This document shows, piece by piece, positions 62,558-64,000 of a stretch of 64,000 bases of DNA; the stretch's first letter is position 1; each line of letters opens with the position of its first letter. The notes under the pieces were generated by a model. The model was not told the DNA's origin. It saw only the letters and a program-made list of their open reading frames with translations, and did no database searches. Source of the stretch: Octopus bimaculoides (Eukaryota). A program made the translations under genes and the position numbers. The DNA is taken from positions 9,515,121-9,579,120 of the forward strand of contig NC_068984.1 of NCBI RefSeq assembly GCF_001194135.2, given 5' to 3'.

Positions 62558-62944
62558 CACTCACAGACAGACAGACAGACAGACATCAATGTAGTTATCT
62601 TTTCTGCGCTGTGACCTAGACCGAATCAATCTATTTACAATTATTTACCAAGACTTTAGCTTAGAAAAAAGCCTAAGAGAACATTTGATCAACAGATTAG
62701 CAGGATATTTCTAGAACTTTCAGTCTTATAATCTTTACTAAACAATGTATTTGTGGTCAACAAGACATTCATTCTAAGCCATTCTTTCAGTAAATACTTC
62801 TGAATTTCTATCGTTTAAGATGTAAATCTAATACTTTTTGAAGTAGACGTGAAAATCATGAATCATTTGACTTCGAAAATGAATAAGAATCTAACCAAAA
62901 GACATTATACAGTGTGTTGCAGGGGAATCAGAATTCGAGACATA

Positions 62945-63680
62945 TTCCTCCTTTTGTTACCTGACTTTGTTTCAATTATTTGTGAAAGTAATGAAGAATT
63001 TAGTTGAATAACTTTGTCACTATTTAGCTGGGGTTTACAACATAAATTACACGGAATTTTCATGGAAAGCTTTGGTTTAGATTTCGTTGACCCGTTTTAT
63101 TTCTTTATTGCCCATAGCGGGCTAAACATAGAAGGGATTTCGTTGACCCGTTTTATTTCTCTATTGCCCACAGTGGGCTAAGCATAGAGGCGATTTCGTT
63201 GATCCCTTTGTTACCATACCTCTGTCGAAATATGCTACCTTTCTTTTATTCTACTATTTTATTCAACTAAAGGCGGTACTCCAGCATGGCTTCAGTCAAA
63301 TGACTGAAATAAGTAAAGGAAAAATATATAAACACACCATGGGCTTCTCTCAGTTTCCATCTACCAAATCCACTCACAAGGCTTTGGTCGGCCGGAGATT
63401 ATGGTACCAAGATTTCATGCAGTGGGACTGAACTCAGAACCATGTGGTTGGAAAGCAAACTTCTTACCACACAGCCACGCCTGCGCCATTGTTTAACTTA
63501 ATTTTCAAAATAATAGAAAATTTTGTAAAATAATTTTGTCATTTAGAAAATAGCGTTTGAAACCTAAATTAGCACGAAACTTTGATGGTAGACTTTAATT
63601 TAGATCACTTTAACGCTTTTGTTACCATACTTCTGCTGTAATATAAGCTACACTGCTTTGTTTCAATTAATTATCATATG
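62945..63680. mobile_element. Shuffled cluster: partial copies of an AT-rich MITE-like repeat, tandem B-tail duplication (63085-63205), A tail (63268-63322, plus) and A head (63340-63487, minus)
   Basis: Recurring tttgttaccatac and ctttgtttcaatta..tt segments; two copies of gatttcgttgacccgttttatttct.tattgccca. Confidence 0.6.
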
Positions 63681-63804
63681 GTTTGTTGGAGCAAGTTTGG
63701 CTGTAAGGAAGGGAAGGTGATAGGTGCATCCGTACAGTCTCTTTTTTTAATCTTTTACACTTACTTAGATATTAACTTTTAAAAAATATTTAAAATAGAA
63801 TAAT

Positions 63805-63945
63805 AGTTTCAGATTTTGGCACAAAGCCAGCAGTTTTAGAGGAGGTGATGAGTCGATTGAGTCGACCCCAGTGTTCAACTGGTACTTATTTTATCGAACC
63901 CCGAAAGGATGAAAGGCGAAGTCAACCTCGGTGGAATTTGAATTT
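63805..63945 (-). mobile_element. SINE family B, partial
   Basis: tttggcacaaagccagcag...ccgaaaggatgaaaggcgaagtcaacctcggtggaatttgaa. Confidence 0.75.
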
Positions 63946-64000
63946 AGATATTGTGTGTTCTTCATAGAACACACAATATCTACAATCAAAACAGTGACAT

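Overview
Eukaryotic, AT-rich, repeat-saturated scaffold with 16 N gaps (about 8.3 kb, nearly all beside microsatellites). The repeat repertoire looks like an octopus genome; this is inferred from remembered SINE consensus sequences, not a database search. No host protein-coding exon, rRNA, true tRNA or CRISPR array is supported, and almost all ORF-track entries are translated microsatellites or gaps. The window holds four tRNA-headed SINE families (my labels A-D), two CR1/L2-group LINE 3' ends, HERO-like and R4/Dong-like RLE-type LINE fragments, Penelope-like elements (PLEs) of three types, mariner, hAT, piggyBac and pogo relics, and a probable solo LTR. The main finding is a set of hammerhead ribozyme (HHR) motifs in PLE-type terminal repeats. 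(1) A PLE ORF is followed directly by a tRNA-like A/B-box head, (AAT)n and a minimal hammerhead. (2) A two-copy repeat has all three hammerhead strands in an order that is not a circular permutation. (3) A complete type I HHR lies 5' of another PLE ORF. (4) A two-copy CUGU(A/G)GA core variant is present. Also notable: a SINE sharing its 3' tail with its probable partner LINE, a perfect 129-bp inverted repeat, and a templated insertion with template-switch scars. Repeat boundaries were read by eye and are approximate unless stated otherwise.
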